NCBI GenBank assembly: GCA_963783315.1 | Contig: CAWAMZ010000017.1 | Span: forward strand, 23,725 to 87,724 | DNA: 64,000 bases | Origin: an uncultured Bacteroidales bacterium | GTDB taxonomy: Bacteria; Bacteroidota; Bacteroidia; Bacteroidales; DASQZP01 | Direction: 5' to 3' | Part shown: positions 61,694 through 64,000 of the stretch, in pieces | Numbering within the stretch: the stretch's first letter is position 1 | How the letters are laid out: every line of letters begins with the position of its first letter | The notes under the pieces: model-generated | Databases searched by the model: none | What the model was told of the DNA's origin: nothing | Seen by the model: only the letters and a program-made list of their open reading frames with translations | Made by a program: the position numbers and the translations under genes

Positions 61694-62605
61694 ATGTCAA
61701 TAATTGTATCCGCGGTAAATAAATACTACGGGAGCCAGCCGGCTTTAAAAAATGTCAGTTTTGAGATTCAATCCGGAGAACTGGTTGGCTTCATTGGTCC
61801 TAACGGAGCCGGAAAATCAACCATGATGAAGATCATAACCGGCTTTTTACCACCTTCTTCCGGCGATGTAAAGGTTAGCGGACTGGATATTAAAAAAGAT
61901 TCTTTGGCCATCAAAAGAATTATTGGCTATCTCCCTGAAAATAATCCACTGTACCCGGGTATGTATGTAAAAGAATATCTGAAATTTGTTGCCGGTATGT
62001 ACAAGCTTAAAAACACGGATCAAAAAATTGCAGAAGTAATTCACAGTACGGGACTGGAAGCTGAACAACATAAAAAAATAGGCGCCCTTTCCAAGGGATA
62101 CCGCCAACGGGTAGGGCTTGCCCAGGCACTGATTCATGACCCGGATGTATTGATACTGGATGAACCAACGACCGGACTGGATCCAAATCAGATAGTAGAA
62201 ATAAGAAGCCTTATTTCAGAAACAGGGAAAGAAAAAACCATCATGCTCTCCACACATATTATGCAGGAGGTTGAAGCAATCTGTGACAGGATCATTATAA
62301 TTAACAAGGGAGAAATTGTCGCTGACGACCGGACAGAGAATATTTACAGCCACAGTCATGAAAAAAGCACAACAATTCTGGTTGAATTCAGTGAAGAACC
62401 GGATGAAAACCTGCTAAAAGGGGTGGAAGGTGTCGAGAAGATTGCCAAACCTTCAAAAAATACCTGGTTGGTGCAAAGTGCCCCGGGCCAGGATATTCGA
62501 AATGCTCTTTTTAATTTTGCTGTTCAAAACAAAATTGCAGTTCTATCCATGCAAAAGAAAGAAAAAAACCTCGAGCAGGTATTTCAGGAACTAACAAAGG
62601 ATTAA
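61694..62605 (+). CDS. gldA: Gliding-motility-associated ABC ATPase GldA
   Basis: MSIIV..KYYG.Q.AL, GPNGAGKST, GYLPENNPLY..MYVKEYL, LSKGYRQRVGLAQALIHDP, LDPNQIVEIR, LEQVFQELT. Confidence 0.85.
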   Translation: MSIIVSAVNKYYGSQPALKNVSFEIQSGELVGFIGPNGAGKSTMMKIITGFLPPSSGDVKVSGLDIKKDSLAIKRIIGYLPENNPLYPGMYVKEYLKFVAGMYKLKNTDQKIAEVIHSTGLEAEQHKKIGALSKGYRQRVGLAQALIHDPDVLILDEPTTGLDPNQIVEIRSLISETGKEKTIMLSTHIMQEVEAICDRIIIINKGEIVADDRTENIYSHSHEKSTTILVEFSEEPDENLLKGVEGVEKIAKPSKNTWLVQSAPGQDIRNALFNFAVQNKIAVLSMQKKEKNLEQVFQELTKD

Positions 62606-62623
62606 ATTGCTAACCGGGTCTGA

Positions 62624-64000
62624 TCAGAAACCATAATTAACCCCTACCTCAACTGTATTGGTTTTTCCATAGTAGTATGGTGCTGTGTAGGACTTTTCAT
62701 CCCCTGAATTTTTTCTTATCATATAAGAAAAATACAAATACGCATCATTAATGAACTGCCAGTTAGCACTTATAGAAAGCTCCCTGTTTTCCCACACTAC
62801 AGTTTTCATAAAAGGTTCTGCTGGTTGAAATATTTCAGTTCCGCTATCTGCCGGCCCATGTTTAGCCTGTCGGTAAGCCAGTGTAATCTCCGATGCTCGA
62901 AACAGCCTGAGAGCAAGTGAAGCATAAAATTCCTGTGAGTTATCATTCAAAAAATGTCCCAGGTTATAGGCATTGGTCTTATAAGATGTTACTGGATCTT
63001 TAGATTGATAAACAAACGGATTTGACCTGGTATATTCAAGGGTAACAAATGTGTTCGGCATTACATTACTGAATTGCACTCCATATTTATAGCTTAATGG
63101 ATTATATTCATTTTTTTTAAAGAATCTGGAAATCACCATCTCGTCAGCAAATAATGAGGCATAAAGATGAATATTCTTTATTTTCCGGATACTAACATCG
63201 AAGAACAATTGAGAATTTTTTACAAAATCACTGGTGTTCTCGGTGCTATTCAAATCTTTGTCTGGCCCGAAGTAAAGAAAGGGAATCAGATAAACAGGAT
63301 GAATGTTCGGTCCGCTGTATACCACAGAGTTACCTGTTGAAAGTAAAATTCCGCTAACCGGTTTAAAAGTAAACATATTAGCAGCCAGATATTTATTAGC
63401 ATAAACCAGACGGGTATCTGATGCATACCCATTTGTATACCGGTAACTCCTGGTACTATCGATAACTCCCGAGACCAGCCAGCCATGGAAATAATTAAAT
63501 TCAAACCACTTAACAGGCTTGACATTCAATTTTATTTGGGCATAGGACGGAGATTTTGAAGAGAGAATGCCAGGCCCGGCATAATTATCCCCCCATTCAT
63601 TGTGGTCTTTGATAAGTCCAACGCTCCCCCACTTCCATGTATAGGTGAGCCCTCCCCGCATTTCACTGAAATCAACGCCGCCTCCTTTAGGATATTTATA
63701 AGCCCCTCCCCGCTCAGGGGACAAATAACCAGGAGCTGCAATGATCTCACTTTCATGATTGTCCCGTAAACTGGCATAAATCCCAATATGCGAACCAATG
63801 TATGCAAATGCCTCGGCGCCGTTCCACCGATGATACATGTTCCCGTGCTGGTTATGGAAATATCTAATCCCCAGCACAGGATTTACAGAAAGCGTAAACA
63901 AAGAATCCTTATAATAAAAAAGATCAATTCTCTTTTTAAAATTACGTCCCGGCTGCAATTCCTTATTATAATCCTTCAGATAAAACTCAAGTTCCTGTTT
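62624..64000 (-). CDS. Wzi-like outer-membrane beta-barrel protein (5' truncated)
   Basis: Frame is open to the window edge. Beta-strand pattern, WG...G..ILS, YLIPF, EYTRSNPFVY, LGH motifs, terminal Phe (VGVNYGF). Confidence 0.55.
   Translation of the reverse strand, partial: KQELEFYLKDYNKELQPGRNFKKRIDLFYYKDSLFTLSVNPVLGIRYFHNQHGNMYHRWNGAEAFAYIGSHIGIYASLRDNHESEIIAAPGYLSPERGGAYKYPKGGGVDFSEMRGGLTYTWKWGSVGLIKDHNEWGDNYAGPGILSSKSPSYAQIKLNVKPVKWFEFNYFHGWLVSGVIDSTRSYRYTNGYASDTRLVYANKYLAANMFTFKPVSGILLSTGNSVVYSGPNIHPVYLIPFLYFGPDKDLNSTENTSDFVKNSQLFFDVSIRKIKNIHLYASLFADEMVISRFFKKNEYNPLSYKYGVQFSNVMPNTFVTLEYTRSNPFVYQSKDPVTSYKTNAYNLGHFLNDNSQEFYASLALRLFRASEITLAYRQAKHGPADSGTEIFQPAEPFMKTVVWENRELSISANWQFINDAYLYFSYMIRKNSGDEKSYTAPYYYGKTNTVEVGVNYGF

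Overview
A 64-kb chromosomal window from a Bacteroidota genome, probably Bacteroidales/Marinilabiliales-like (inferred from gene content, TAnnTTTG -7 promoters and near-absence of Shine-Dalgarno sites). It is gene-dense and mostly core or cell-envelope. It holds the T9SS/gliding motor operon porP-gldKLMN, a giant SprB-like adhesin with its sprF partner, gldA, a wbpE-D-B-A/galE/rfbB nucleotide-sugar cluster, and topA, PBP1A, radA, panCD, glmS, rnr, asnS and rpoN. I saw no rRNA, tRNA, CRISPR array, transposase, integrase or prophage. The most notable observations are: (i) a small secreted protein with three E-[ND]-W-M repeats behind a candidate sigma-54 promoter and enhancer palindrome; (ii) a ~3143-aa SprB-like gene broken by two +1 frameshifts, with seven mosaic 243-bp tandem repeats and strongly polarised O-glycosylation sequons; (iii) a HU-like/TM/SPOR gene split by a -1 frameshift; (iv) a REP-like hairpin array; (v) several degenerate enzyme folds (arginase, GT5, hemerythrin). 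The three frameshifts could be consensus errors, which the sequence alone cannot exclude.
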